The notes: generated by a model not told the origin, from the letters alone. 32,000 nt of DNA from Candidatus Iainarchaeum sp. (GCA_030688545.1 JAUYHT010000002.1:300001-332000); one strand, 5' to 3'; counted from the stretch's first letter, positions 1 through 10,454 are shown. Numbers and translations: made by a program.

Positions 1-108
1 AAGAAATAGGGGTTGGCGATAACGTGGGGAATTAGGGGAGAATGGAAATTAGAGGGAATGGAGGAGAAAATGGAAGTCCAACCAAAATCCAAAAGGGAGA
101 GGTCTTAC

Positions 109-3100
109 TCACGGCTGAAGGTTGGGAATCCCCACCCAGTACCGCTCCCCATCATTAGCACAGTAATCGGGGGAGGAGGGGCATTTCACACTCGTGGGGG
201 CGCCGCAATTGGTGGGAGAATATCTATATTGGACGCTCCGGTCGAGCGGGTCACCCGTATTGGGGGTTGTTTGCGTGGGGGGAAGATGAATCTGCGTTCC
301 CACGGGATAAGGAATACCTAATTGCAAATAGGCCCCCACTTGGGGAGAATTTGAATATAGGGGGCACAATCCCAAAACATTCTGTGAATTGGGAATATTT
401 CCGGCGCGCTCTTGTAAGGTATAGGTGCCCCCGCGCCCCAGGGGGTTGCCGGTGGCTACACAGGCATTTCCAACGAGCGTGGATGAATTGGTGCCCATTC
501 CATAGGCCGCGTGCTCCTCTTTCACCAAATCGATGAGTTTGTCGCGGTTCCAGAAAATGGTGGTTGAATCCCCCTCAGATGAGATACATGTCCAATCCTG
601 CGCGAGCAGGGCAAGCATGCCCTGGAAGCTCTGGGCCTTGGCCCATTCGGACTCCAATACTGCGTCCCCGGCATCCAACGCCCCGGTGGATTGGCCCTGA
701 TTCTGGAGAACAGTATTCATGGTGAGGATGCTCCCAATCTCGCGGGAGGGATTATCATTCAACCCCAGCACAATGGAATAATCCTTCCCGGCGGGCCGAT
801 AAAAAGCGCCCGCGAGGAAGGACTCATTGGAGATTCCTGAAGGCGAGGTGAAACCAAATAATTGAGTGGCGTTCAAGGGGGCGCGATATCCTGTAACGGT
901 GGATGGAGGATTATAATCCCCCACAATGGAGGAAGCAAACGGATTTCCACCCCCATCCACGCACAATGCGCACGCGGAGGACGAACACCCATACGCCGGC
1001 TGCTTGATCAGGGACGCGATGGGCTTCCAGGCGGACAACGGATTTGTCCCTTGATTGGGATGAGAAATATAGGCCGATGTTCCCGTTGAAAAATCAGTCT
1101 CCTGGATCCCATAAAACACACTTCCTTGACCGAAGGGATTGGAGCCCCAGTCCAGGATGACGGGGGCGGGAAGGGTGGGCGCCAGGTAAAGGGTATTGGT
1201 TGTATTATCGATGCGCGCCAATTCCCCCGGCGCAGTGGCATTGGTGGCCACGAAATCAGTGGCCACGCGCACCTCGAATGTTTTCAATGCGGTTGTTCCG
1301 GGCGATGAGGGATAGGTGCGAAGGGGGTAAGAGGAGGTGCCCACTAAATCGACGACGCCCCCTGAAAAGGTGGTACCATACCCCTCGCGGTGAAACAGCT
1401 GCGTGGACTCATCCCACCCGATTAATCCATCAAGGGGCATGGCATACAAGGGCGAATCCACGCTCATCCCGGAGGAGGCGGCTAATAGGTCCAGATAAAT
1501 GGTAATGCGGGCCGCGGGAGTATTAGCGATGAAAAAAGTGCCCACATCCGAATCCCATTGGATATCCATACGAACGCGGTACAACCCAGAGGTGGGAAGA
1601 ACATTCACGTTAGGATCACCATTTACCACGATGGCCATCCTGTCATTGGAGGGATTCACATAGTCCTTCCACGCCCCCGCTCCTAGCAAGGCATTCTTGA
1701 ACCACGAGGGGGCGTCCGCGAAACTGCTGTTGGCATAGTAGTCGACGAAATCCTGACGAAGATCCGAAGGAAAGGCATCCTCCATAAGATAAGCATCGAA
1801 ATTCATCCAGAAAGGGATCTGCGCCACCTGCTGGGAGTTCGCGGTGGGGGCATACGCATTTTCCACCTCATGGAGTTTCTTCACGGCGGACAAAAGGAAC
1901 TGCGATCCGTCGCAGAAAATACCATTGGATGTTGACACATCAGATGCCCGGTCGCACGCGCGGATATCCACATCATTCCAATCCCAATCCAACAGGATGC
2001 GGGGCAACGCCCTCACTCCCGAATCGCCAACCACATCATTTTCCCCAATGCACGCATTGGGGGGGAGGGATGAGAGCTTGACCGCGATGCGCTGGGAGGA
2101 CCTATCGAAGGCATGCTGGAGCAGGCGCTTGGCAATCTTGTTATAGGAGGCCTGCTCCCACGCATGAACATTATTTGACGTGTCAACCCTCTCAGAGAAA
2201 TCAAAGGCCTCCACAAAACCCTGGGTGCTCGCCGCGAAATAATCCATGAGGGCAATGGCATCACTCCGGTTAGGGTCGCCGGTGTCCAACCCATGGGGAT
2301 TGGACTCGAGGGGGGTCATGTACCACACCACTCCTTTCACTCCATTAGCATTCAAGCGCGCGGCCGCGGCATTCACCAATGGTAACTCCCGAGTGGAATC
2401 CCACTCCGAGGGGCGTTGATTATTGGAAAGGCCGGAGGGTTTGTTGTCCGTGATAATCAGGAGAAGTTTGGATTGCTGGGATTGGGTGAAAAAGGAATCC
2501 TGGGCCGCATGTTCAGCGGCTAGGGCCCAACTCTCGGTGGGATCACCTGAAACAGGTGGGGAAAATGAAAGAATGCGCGTGGCATTTGGGGGAAGGATTC
2601 CCTCACACGGAATGGACGCCCCGCTGGAAGCCCCGGTGAACGAGGAGGGGGCATTCATGAGGAAGACTTGTAAATCAACGGTTTTTCCGGAGTAATAGCG
2701 CATCCCTTTCTGCAGATTAGCGATGGCCCGGCAGATCCCATCCACTCCATTGGGAGAATGCGCGGCGACTTTAGCCAATACGGAAGGAGATGCATCCACC
2801 ACCACGCCCAGACGCACATTGGTTTGAGGGGAGGACAGCCCCGCATAATCCGTGAGGGTGAGGATTCCATATTTTTCTCCCTGCATCCCCAAATTTTCAA
2901 CTATGACATTTTGTTCAGCCGCCGGATCATCAAATCCAACGTATTGAGCAAACACATCCCCGTCCTTCACGAACGCTCGCACCCCCGGATGATCCGTTGA
3001 CACCCGCAAACCAGAGTGCTTGAGGTGTTCCACTCCCCCCTTATTAGCGAGGATATCCCGGAAGGAATTAGGGAGAGAGGCGATGTAGACTGGTTGAGTG

Positions 3101-6100
3101 GTGGATGACGCGGGGGTCAATGTAGCGGGCAATGGCCCCAAAACCTGCGTCCCATTCGTATTGTTTCCAGCCGACCAAACATTCCCGTATTCGGGAGAGA
3201 GATAGAAACCATTCCCCTGGTCATCCGAAAACGCGCGGAAATTGCTCCCGTCAAACCAGAGGGCGCGGATCTGATAATCATCCGCATCATTATCATACAC
3301 AAAATATTCAATGGTGTGAGGGCCCGCGGAAAGGGTATGATTGGTAAGGGCACAATTGGGATTCATAAAGCGATCCTGCACCAGCACCCCGTCGATTCGC
3401 ACATTTACAGAGGGAACACCTGACGTGAGGAAGCAGAGGCGGGGGAATGTGAAGGCGCGCTCGAGGAAAAGAGTTGTTTGGAACAGCAAGGCTTTGCGTC
3501 CCCGCGAGGCATGCGGAAAAACGGTTTGATTCTGGGTTTCCAAATAACTCACATTGGAAATACGCACCTCATCCGATACTAATAACGGGGCGCTCCCCGA
3601 AAAACCATCCTTGGAATCAAGGAACGCGGGGGCACCCGCCACTTCAAAACGATTCCAATTGCCATCCGGAATGGTCTGCGATGGAAAATCGTCCAGAACC
3701 CAATCCCCATTGATTATGGGTTGATAGTCCAGAGCGAGGGTCCAATTGAAAGAAATAGGGGCATTGGGGGAACGCATCTCGGGAGTCAACACGGGGGGAA
3801 TGGCATGGGCATAGATTCCATTCATGGATAGATTCACTTGTGGAAACAAGGGATCGTGCACGTGGGGGTTGCACTGGTTGACTACTTTGGCCGAATCGCT
3901 CCCCCGACTCACGTCAAACGAATATTTTTCCAAATTAAGGCATTGCGTGTTAGGTGAAATGGGATCCACGCGCACGTCCACATTGCGCACAAAGGCATAC
4001 GCGGACGAGGGCTCACTCTGGCGCTTGGCGAACACATACACCGGATACATCCCAATATGCGGCGCGGGGCCCACGGTGAGGACTTTGGTGTCATTGATGC
4101 CCATGAGTATGGGAGATGAGCTATTCACGGGATTGGCGCCCTGCCTTACAGGGAGTTGGATGATCTGGCTGCCTTCCACAAACCCCCCCGTATACACCTG
4201 CAGGGGCTCGCGGCAATTGATGGTTTGCAGGGTGAGGGAACCGAAGCCCCCTAACGGGAATGACAGCAGGGAAGGAGAAATAGACAGGCACGCATGATCC
4301 TGGGACAAATTAATTCCCCCATCGGAAGAAACGGGAATCAATTGGGTTCCCGAAATATACCCGGGGGCATCGGCCTGGAGGTGCAGGGCATCCCCATCCT
4401 GGGCGGCGGGGATGGAGGCGAAGAATACTCCACTGGAGGAAGACGTGAAGGGAATGAGATTTCCAATGGCGCCCCCCGAGCTATCCAAAAGCTGTCCAGT
4501 CATCTGAATTCCGCTCGTGGCGGGAAGAAGGGGCTTTTGCTGTTGGTCCAAGGCCACCGCTTGAATGGTTTGAGCAGTACCGGGAAGCAAGGAGGAGGGA
4601 GCGACCTGCAGGAAAATCTGGCGTTGGGGAATGGTATAGAATCGGAGTTGCTGGGTGCGGGGCTGTTCATTACTCCCCACTCCATTCAATGTGATAGTGA
4701 GGGTGGAACAGTAAGACACATTCCCCTGGCAAAGTTGGGTCGAGGAAAGGGACACACTTCCCCCTTGGGAGGAATTATTAGAAAAATTAGGCAACGTTTT
4801 TTGAGTGGGCGATACAGTAAACGTCCCGGGATTGGCCGAGAATGACAGCGATGCGGATGGATAATCCCGGCCGGACTGGTTGAGAATGGCATAGGACAAT
4901 GAATAATCCTTCCCCACTTCAATAGGAATGGGAGCGGCTCCATTCACTTGCACCAATTGATTGGTTCCCGTTTCGGCGAGGAAAAAAGTGTACACGTAAT
5001 CCCCCGCATCGGGGAGGGGGGCGCCCAGGGTGAAGGACTCCTGGTATAAGGGGGAGATTTCAGTGGTTGATTTGGACTGATATATGAAAGACAACGCATC
5101 CTGGTTGGGGATGGATTGGGGGTTTATTTCTACGCGGGAAATGAAAGCGAAGGCCCCCGCCGAGGACGCATCCCCGAGCGTGTTGAGAATCACCTTCGCC
5201 GGCTGCCCTGCCGAAACGGGATTAGAAGGGGCAAACTCATCCTGGGAGGAGGCCGTTGAGTATAGGGCGACGCTCCCTTTGGCCGCCTGGCCATCCTTGA
5301 CGGTTCCCACATCGGTTGTCTGTTGGAATAATGGAGAAAGGCTATTCACGCGTTTCACGGCCTGCCACGCCTGTTGAACGGTGGGGGAGCGCACGGAATA
5401 ATGGAACGCATAGGATTGGCCCGGCACCAATGTTTGGGCAATGACGGGCGCGCCGCTCTGGTTCAATTGGTAGATGGCATCCAAATGAATATCCACCTGC
5501 TGCGTGGCACTGCTCAAGGAAACATCAATCCGGAGCACATGGGTGTTGTCTTTCAATAGCGTGAAAGGGGTGCTCGAGAAAGGGAGAAACAAATCCTTGG
5601 ACACGAAAACGAAGGCGGTGTGGTTGGTGTCCACCGCGAGCTGGGCAACGCCCTGGGCATCCGTGATTGCGGCTCCCAAAACGAGGCCCGATGATGCATC
5701 AATAACCTGCACATTGGCATCGGCCACGCGCTGGTTGAATTCATCCGTCACCGTCACTTGCACTAAGGCGGTGCCCGTTTGGAGTTTCACCTCCAGGGGC
5801 AATGTCCGACCAACAACCCCCACTCCTTTAGGGGAAAGGCCATCCGCCGTGGGGGTTGAGCCGGTCGCTTGGTAGGTGCCTGCGGGAAGATTAGGGAAAA
5901 AGGCGGCTCCAGACATGTCCGTTTTCTTCATCCCTAAAGGAATACCATTGGCATCCGGGGAAAATAATATTGCATCGGCCCCCCGCACCCCCAAACCGAA
6001 AGCATCGCGCACGCGCACGTCCACGAGAACAGCATTCGTGGCATTGCCATCAGTCCCTAATTCCAAGGGGTCTAATAGAATAGGTATGGGAGACAGGGCA

Positions 6101-7362
6101 TCCTCATTCACCAAACCTTGGTTTTGAAGAATACGCGTGACATAGTGGGGATGGGCCGCCACGAGACTGGTGCTGCCATTGAAATCCGTGAGGGTTTGGT
6201 CTACTATTCCATTCGTGTCGCTGGTATAGGTGCCATACTCCACATAGCTCCCGCTCACTGTCTGGATGAACAACCCGATTTGAGCCCCTTCCACGGGAAG
6301 CTGGTTGGCGCTGCTCAGCACTTTCACCAATAACTTTTTGGTGGTGGAAGCCGCGGGAAGCATCAGCGTCGATTCGAGAATATCCCCCGCACTCACCACA
6401 ATTTCGCCACTCTCCACCTGTTTGAAACCCGGTTTTCCAGCGGTGAGGATGTAGGTTCCCGGGGCCAAACGCTCAACTAATGCAAACCCCCCATTATCAG
6501 TGATCTTTTGAGTTACCAAGATCTTGGAACCGGACACGGGAACCTTATGCACCTTCACGTCCGCGGCAAAGATGGGGGCTCCTGTTTCATCCACCACATA
6601 GGCTTCGATACTCCCAGTCGTAGGATTATTCCCCCCACCGCTGTCTTCGCGCTGGAGAATAATTTCAGTGGTGTCCCCGAGCAGGGGTTGAGTGGAAGGA
6701 ATGTAACCCGGCACGCGCACATTCACGGAAAGGTTGACGCAATTGGAAGGCTGCAACACCTGCACGTTTCCAAACGACACCACTTGCGCGGCCGGGGCTA
6801 AACCGGTTTGGCACGAAAACGAGAGAGAAATATCATTCGTGGAGAAAGATAAGATGTTCTGCGACGCATCCTTGATGAGCAACACCCTCGCTTTAGGGGG
6901 AATGATCTTTTCCAATAGGGTGAAGCGACTGGTTATACTATTCGCGATCTCAATGACCTGAGATAAAGGATCATACCCCTCCTTCTGAGCCTCAATAGTA
7001 TACGTCCCAGCGGCCAATTGGAAGGCAACTGTTCCGGAAGAGGAAGTAATTTCGGTGATGGCCTGCCCTTGGGCATTCACCATGTCCACGAATACATCGG
7101 CCAGGGGAACATTGGACTCATCCACAAACGATACACTAAAGGTATGCGTGGCGCCCCCACCCAACCCCCCCAAAACCGAGGCGCCCACCCCGATGATGAG
7201 GAAGATTAGTATTCCCAGAACGAGAAGGAAGCTGGGGAAAACCTTATCCAGGGGATCAATGACTTTGTAAACAGGAATGCGTGCCTGGATCTTGTCCAGA
7301 AAACCATAATAGGCATCCTCGAGAGCAAAATAAAACCCCCGCATCCCATCCATGAGTCCCAT
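109..7362 (-). CDS. Giant (2417 aa) membrane-anchored surface protein with Ig-like/carboxypeptidase-regulatory-like beta-sandwich repeats and an internal vWA (MIDAS) domain
   Basis: Single uninterrupted ORF with ATG at 7360-7362. N-terminal hydrophobic helix FPSFLLVLGILIFLIIGVGASVLGG. Recurring motifs GTYTIEAQKEGYDP, PGTYILTAGKPGFKQ and AGTYQATG are typical of CarboxypepD_reg-like domains. DASPS (DxSxS, nt 2781-2795) plus LLLIITDNKPSG (about nt 2432-2466) form a vWA MIDAS signature. Confidence 0.85.
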   Translation of the reverse strand: MGLMDGMRGFYFALEDAYYGFLDKIQARIPVYKVIDPLDKVFPSFLLVLGILIFLIIGVGASVLGGLGGGATHTFSVSFVDESNVPLADVFVDMVNAQGQAITEITSSSGTVAFQLAAGTYTIEAQKEGYDPLSQVIEIANSITSRFTLLEKIIPPKARVLLIKDASQNILSFSTNDISLSFSCQTGLAPAAQVVSFGNVQVLQPSNCVNLSVNVRVPGYIPSTQPLLGDTTEIILQREDSGGGNNPTTGSIEAYVVDETGAPIFAADVKVHKVPVSGSKILVTQKITDNGGFALVERLAPGTYILTAGKPGFKQVESGEIVVSAGDILESTLMLPAASTTKKLLVKVLSSANQLPVEGAQIGLFIQTVSGSYVEYGTYTSDTNGIVDQTLTDFNGSTSLVAAHPHYVTRILQNQGLVNEDALSPIPILLDPLELGTDGNATNAVLVDVRVRDAFGLGVRGADAILFSPDANGIPLGMKKTDMSGAAFFPNLPAGTYQATGSTPTADGLSPKGVGVVGRTLPLEVKLQTGTALVQVTVTDEFNQRVADANVQVIDASSGLVLGAAITDAQGVAQLAVDTNHTAFVFVSKDLFLPFSSTPFTLLKDNTHVLRIDVSLSSATQQVDIHLDAIYQLNQSGAPVIAQTLVPGQSYAFHYSVRSPTVQQAWQAVKRVNSLSPLFQQTTDVGTVKDGQAAKGSVALYSTASSQDEFAPSNPVSAGQPAKVILNTLGDASSAGAFAFISRVEINPQSIPNQDALSFIYQSKSTTEISPLYQESFTLGAPLPDAGDYVYTFFLAETGTNQLVQVNGAAPIPIEVGKDYSLSYAILNQSGRDYPSASLSFSANPGTFTVSPTQKTLPNFSNNSSQGGSVSLSSTQLCQGNVSYCSTLTITLNGVGSNEQPRTQQLRFYTIPQRQIFLQVAPSSLLPGTAQTIQAVALDQQQKPLLPATSGIQMTGQLLDSSGGAIGNLIPFTSSSSGVFFASIPAAQDGDALHLQADAPGYISGTQLIPVSSDGGINLSQDHACLSISPSLLSFPLGGFGSLTLQTINCREPLQVYTGGFVEGSQIIQLPVRQGANPVNSSSPILMGINDTKVLTVGPAPHIGMYPVYVFAKRQSEPSSAYAFVRNVDVRVDPISPNTQCLNLEKYSFDVSRGSDSAKVVNQCNPHVHDPLFPQVNLSMNGIYAHAIPPVLTPEMRSPNAPISFNWTLALDYQPIINGDWVLDDFPSQTIPDGNWNRFEVAGAPAFLDSKDGFSGSAPLLVSDEVRISNVSYLETQNQTVFPHASRGRKALLFQTTLFLERAFTFPRLCFLTSGVPSVNVRIDGVLVQDRFMNPNCALTNHTLSAGPHTIEYFVYDNDADDYQIRALWFDGSNFRAFSDDQGNGFYLSPEYGNVWSAGNNTNGTQVLGPLPATLTPASSTTQPVYIASLPNSFRDILANKGGVEHLKHSGLRVSTDHPGVRAFVKDGDVFAQYVGFDDPAAEQNVIVENLGMQGEKYGILTLTDYAGLSSPQTNVRLGVVVDASPSVLAKVAAHSPNGVDGICRAIANLQKGMRYYSGKTVDLQVFLMNAPSSFTGASSGASIPCEGILPPNATRILSFSPPVSGDPTESWALAAEHAAQDSFFTQSQQSKLLLIITDNKPSGLSNNQRPSEWDSTRELPLVNAAAARLNANGVKGVVWYMTPLESNPHGLDTGDPNRSDAIALMDYFAASTQGFVEAFDFSERVDTSNNVHAWEQASYNKIAKRLLQHAFDRSSQRIAVKLSSLPPNACIGENDVVGDSGVRALPRILLDWDWNDVDIRACDRASDVSTSNGIFCDGSQFLLSAVKKLHEVENAYAPTANSQQVAQIPFWMNFDAYLMEDAFPSDLRQDFVDYYANSSFADAPSWFKNALLGAGAWKDYVNPSNDRMAIVVNGDPNVNVLPTSGLYRVRMDIQWDSDVGTFFIANTPAARITIYLDLLAASSGMSVDSPLYAMPLDGLIGWDESTQLFHREGYGTTFSGGVVDLVGTSSYPLRTYPSSPGTTALKTFEVRVATDFVATNATAPGELARIDNTTNTLYLAPTLPAPVILDWGSNPFGQGSVFYGIQETDFSTGTSAYISHPNQGTNPLSAWKPIASLIKQPAYGCSSSACALCVDGGGNPFASSIVGDYNPPSTVTGYRAPLNATQLFGFTSPSGISNESFLAGAFYRPAGKDYSIVLGLNDNPSREIGSILTMNTVLQNQGQSTGALDAGDAVLESEWAKAQSFQGMLALLAQDWTCISSEGDSTTIFWNRDKLIDLVKEEHAAYGMGTNSSTLVGNACVATGNPLGRGGTYTLQERAGNIPNSQNVLGLCPLYSNSPQVGAYLQLGIPYPVGTQIHLPPTQTTPNTGDPLDRSVQYRYSPTNCGAPTSVKCPSSPDYCANDGERYWVGIPNLQP

Positions 7363-7383
7363 GGCCCCAGCACCCCAAGAGCG

Positions 7384-7392
7384 TTTAAAAAG
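7384..7392 (-). promoter_or_regulatory. TATA-like box (CTTTTTAAA on minus strand) for the giant surface-protein gene
   Basis: Centre is 26 nt upstream of the ATG at 7362, the same spacing seen at most genes in the window. Confidence 0.45.
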
Positions 7393-7420
7393 ATGGGGGG
7401 GCGTGAAAGAGCAAAAAGCT

Positions 7421-8461
7421 CTACTTATTTTTGAATTGCGGAACCCGCTCGTACGCCATCAGCGCCTGCTGGGGGGCTTCTTTTAACGACTTGGCGGGGA
7501 TGCCCAACTCGCGCGTGATGGATCGGGCGAGCTCGTCTTCGAAACCATGATGAGTGTACACCTGCTTGGGCTCGGCCTCTTTCACATAGCGCAGGAGTTG
7601 CGCATAATCCGCATGATCGGATAAGGGGAAATTGCGCTCAAACCCATTTTTCCACTGCCACCCCGTGGCCTTGGCGGCCCGGATATTTCGCTTGGCGGAG
7701 ATGGCAATGGCATGCAACACGTGCGGGGTGCATAAGGAAGGGGGGAGAATCAATAATTGGGCGTCAGGGAGATTATGATCTATCTTTTCATAGGCTCCCA
7801 ACCGTGCTTCATGGGACTCATACACTTGGTTCTTCTCAAACACTGATTCATGGACGAATGGAATGGTATTCGTGTACTCGTTCACCATTTTGGTCAATTC
7901 CTGGGCCTTACCTGTTGCATAGCCTGCGAGCACGGGCAACCCCCCCTGTTGCTGCACCTCGCGGATCCAAGCGCCCATCTCCTCGTACACTTGTTCACGG
8001 GGCGGGAAGGAAAACTCCTTCATCCCGAAGGTGGATTCAATGACTAAGGTATCGCAGGGCACAATTTCAGCCCCTTCTTGAATAATGGAATCCTGGAGCT
8101 TGAAATCGGTGGTAGCGCAAATGGTTTGCTCGCCTTCGATTACGATCTGCGCGCTCCCCAAAATGTGGCCCGCGCTCACGAAGGAAACATTTTCGTTGGC
8201 ATGGGATTGTTTCTTCCGAAGGGAAAGGGTTTTGGCTGTGGCCTTTAGGGGAATCTTTTTTCGGATGAGCGAATGTGTGGGAGGCGTCATAAAGTATGGA
8301 GACGTGCCGGCCGCACCAATGTAGACATGGTCAGAATGGGCGTGCGAGACAAACACCTGGTCGGCCTGCACCTTTTTCCGAGCGGGATCGATGAGATATT
8401 TTGATTCCCCGGCCGATACCAGGATACCCCCCCATGCCTCGCTCACGAACATGGATGCCAT
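7421..8461 (-). CDS. Metallo-beta-lactamase/beta-CASP-fold nuclease (COG1236, mRNA 3'-end processing factor-like)
   Basis: HAHSDH zinc motif near the N-terminus and C-terminal PLSDHADYAQLLRYVKEAEPKQVYTHHG (beta-CASP motifs B/C style). The ORF-track start at 8530 is GTG and overlaps the upstream gene. The ATG at 8461 avoids that overlap and lies about 29 nt downstream of GATTATAGG (minus strand, 8487-8495). Confidence 0.8.
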   Translation of the reverse strand: MASMFVSEAWGGILVSAGESKYLIDPARKKVQADQVFVSHAHSDHVYIGAAGTSPYFMTPPTHSLIRKKIPLKATAKTLSLRKKQSHANENVSFVSAGHILGSAQIVIEGEQTICATTDFKLQDSIIQEGAEIVPCDTLVIESTFGMKEFSFPPREQVYEEMGAWIREVQQQGGLPVLAGYATGKAQELTKMVNEYTNTIPFVHESVFEKNQVYESHEARLGAYEKIDHNLPDAQLLILPPSLCTPHVLHAIAISAKRNIRAAKATGWQWKNGFERNFPLSDHADYAQLLRYVKEAEPKQVYTHHGFEDELARSITRELGIPAKSLKEAPQQALMAYERVPQFKNK

Positions 8462-8487
8462 ATGGGAATGGCGAATAAAAAGCAACC

Positions 8488-8775
8488 CTATAATCGGGAT
8501 AGGCGAGTGAAAACTGGGGGGTTCAAGCACATGGGATACAATGCGTCCACAAATTTTTGGGTATGCGGGGCATCGCGGTGGGCCTTTTCAGCAGGGGAGT
8601 CTTTGAATACCATTAGATGAACATATTGGAATGAATTTGGAAAGCGAAAGGCCTCATACACCTGCGTTCTCCCCTTTTCCTTGGAACGAATAGCCCGTAA
8701 AAAGGAACGGATGGCCCGATCTCCCTTGGCACGGGCCCCCTTCTTGAGAGCATACGTGACCATCTGGGCTGGCAT
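8488..8775 (-). CDS. Small ABM (antibiotic-biosynthesis-monooxygenase/Dabb)-like domain protein
   Basis: 95 aa with an ATG start. The stretch YEAFR..FQYVHLMVFKDSPAEKAHRDAPHTQKF resembles the ferredoxin-like ABM fold signature. Confidence 0.55.
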   Translation of the reverse strand: MPAQMVTYALKKGARAKGDRAIRSFLRAIRSKEKGRTQVYEAFRFPNSFQYVHLMVFKDSPAEKAHRDAPHTQKFVDALYPMCLNPPVFTRLSRL

Positions 8776-8830
8776 TCAGGATGAGCGATAAGGGGCTTTT
8801 TGAGGGTTTCCCTCCACGCCGGGAAAACGC

Positions 8831-8838
8831 ATATATAG
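8831..8838 (+). promoter_or_regulatory. TATA box ATATATAG for the coiled-coil gene
   Basis: Centre is about 25 nt upstream of the ATG at 8859. It lies inside the first 26 codons of the longer ORF-track model (8781), which argues for the internal start. Confidence 0.45.
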
Positions 8839-8858
8839 CCCGTTTCCATTCTCCCCGC

Positions 8859-9938
8859 ATGGGCGAATCGGTGCTCCTCCTGGAACAGCTGCATGACGAG
8901 CTGTCCGCCTTCAAGGAACTCCCTCAGATTCCTTGGCACCAGACCAATCGTGCCGCCCTGATCGAACGCCTGAAGGCCTGGCACACGCATACTAAACGAA
9001 CGCGGGAAATCATTTCATTATTACAACGGGAACAACTCATGAACCCTATGTTGAAAGGGATGGATTTGCATGAGCTTGAACGCGAGCTATCCAAGAACAT
9101 GGATGTGCTCCACCGCAACATCCGTTTCGAAGAAGACAAACACGCCCGGAAAATAGACCTCACCCAAAAAATAACTACCCCTGAATTGGGGATGGAACTG
9201 GATGCGCGGATGCATCGGCAATGGTTGAAACTCCTGCGGACGCAGGAACATGTGCAGATTGCCCTGCGGAATGGGATGGAATCCCCCCTCACCGCACAAG
9301 CCATGGAGGGGGAAATATTTTCACTCATCAAGACGAAAGACCAGGAATTGCAATCCATCACCAAGGAACGCGACCAATTGAAGCGCGAAAAATACTTCGG
9401 GCCACATGAAAAATATTCCCTCACCGAGATGGAGAATGATCTCCAGGAATTATTACAAACATTCGCCATCCAGAAGCATGCCCTCAAGGACCATTTGGAT
9501 CAAGGGAAAAAGAAGCTGGATGAGTACGCGGTACAACATGAGCACCTGCACCACAAGACGATGAAGCTGGAACACCTGGTGACGGAACTCACCAAGCGTC
9601 ATATTGGAATATTGTCGGTGCTCAAGAAAGAAAGGGATTTCGCCCGGAAGTTGGCATTGGAGATGGAGAGCGAGACCGCGCACCTGCGGGCGCTCTATTC
9701 CAAGGAACTGCTCTCCATGGAAGAGAAGAAGCATGCCCTCAAACAGGAGGCATTCGAAAAACACGCGTCGCACATCGCGGAACTGGAACGAAAGCTCAAA
9801 AGCCAATCGCAATTGAACAAGGAACTGGATGCCCTGCTCCGGGAGAAGGAACGGCACATCCAACGAACGGCGGAAACCACCCTCCCGACTCAAAAACAAA
9901 CCAATCGCCGGAAAGAGAACACGCGCATGGTGAGTTGA
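8859..9938 (+). CDS. Coiled-coil protein, E/K/L/H-rich, unknown function
   Basis: Long ORF with heptad-like charged composition throughout, for example LQSITKERDQLKREKYF and ELERKLKSQSQLNKELDALLREKERH. Start re-set from 8781 to the MGESV ATG at 8859 because of the TATA spacing and because the divergent ABM gene begins only 5 nt from 8781. Confidence 0.6.
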   Translation: MGESVLLLEQLHDELSAFKELPQIPWHQTNRAALIERLKAWHTHTKRTREIISLLQREQLMNPMLKGMDLHELERELSKNMDVLHRNIRFEEDKHARKIDLTQKITTPELGMELDARMHRQWLKLLRTQEHVQIALRNGMESPLTAQAMEGEIFSLIKTKDQELQSITKERDQLKREKYFGPHEKYSLTEMENDLQELLQTFAIQKHALKDHLDQGKKKLDEYAVQHEHLHHKTMKLEHLVTELTKRHIGILSVLKKERDFARKLALEMESETAHLRALYSKELLSMEEKKHALKQEAFEKHASHIAELERKLKSQSQLNKELDALLREKERHIQRTAETTLPTQKQTNRRKENTRMVS

Positions 9939-9961
9939 ATTCTAATAGAATGGTCTGCGCG

Positions 9962-10390
9962 TTAGCGAAACCACCCCAAAAGCTCCAATGGTTTCCTTTT
10001 GGTGTCCCCATCCCCATAATCAGGATTCACCACCACTTGGACCCAATTATCGGGTTCGAGAGTAAACTGAATGGGATATTCCAATGGGATCACGCGGGTC
10101 TCATCCACATTCAGGGATAGGGATTGGTTTCCCAGAAAACGGTCATTGGAAGTGATGACTAATGAATAAGAGGCGGATGACTGGGAATGGTTGCGCAGGT
10201 CAATGGCCAAGCGGAGGATGTTCTCATCATCATGGAAAGTGGGATACGCGGCGAATGAGAGAGTTGAATAGGTCGTGTCTGCCGTGTAGGGAAAGAAAAT
10301 ATAATAGCCCACGGCCACGAGAAGCAACCCCAGGGCCACCATGCCCGCCAGGGAGATCGCGCGTTCTTCCATATCGTTCTTGAGTGGCAT
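9962..10390 (-). CDS. Small single-pass membrane protein, unknown function
   Basis: The ORF-track start (10420) is TTG and the first ATG is at 10390 (MPLKNDMEERAIS). One TM helix, LAGMVALGLLLVAVGYYIFF, is followed by a probable beta-rich ectodomain. Confidence 0.5.
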   Translation of the reverse strand: MPLKNDMEERAISLAGMVALGLLLVAVGYYIFFPYTADTTYSTLSFAAYPTFHDDENILRLAIDLRNHSQSSASYSLVITSNDRFLGNQSLSLNVDETRVIPLEYPIQFTLEPDNWVQVVVNPDYGDGDTKRKPLELLGWFR

Positions 10391-10454
10391 GCCATAATCC
10401 TTCCATCGGGCGTCCTTCAATTAGGCGTATTCCCATTACTCACCCAGGAGCAAT

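Noticed and set aside
37-80. Purine-rich tract with three AATGGA motifs downstream of the giant gene
   Set aside because: The spacing is irregular (16 and 12 nt) and the motif is short. It is most simply the pyrimidine/oligo-T-rich terminator region of the minus-strand gene.
13-7270. Dozens of 60-183-aa ORFs on both strands inside the giant gene (for example 4294-4845 +, 3824-4297 +, 5504-5875 +)
   Set aside because: All lie within the 7.25-kb reading frame and have Arg/Gly/Pro-rich shadow-ORF composition. None has a promoter-like box at the usual spacing.
8613-9899. Antisense or overlapping ORFs 8613-8990, 8654-8914, 8924-9487 and 9453-9899 (minus strand)
   Set aside because: They overlap the ABM and coiled-coil genes. 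Antisense frames of E/K/L-rich coiled-coil genes commonly stay open. Their composition (F/S/L/R/C-rich) is non-protein-like.
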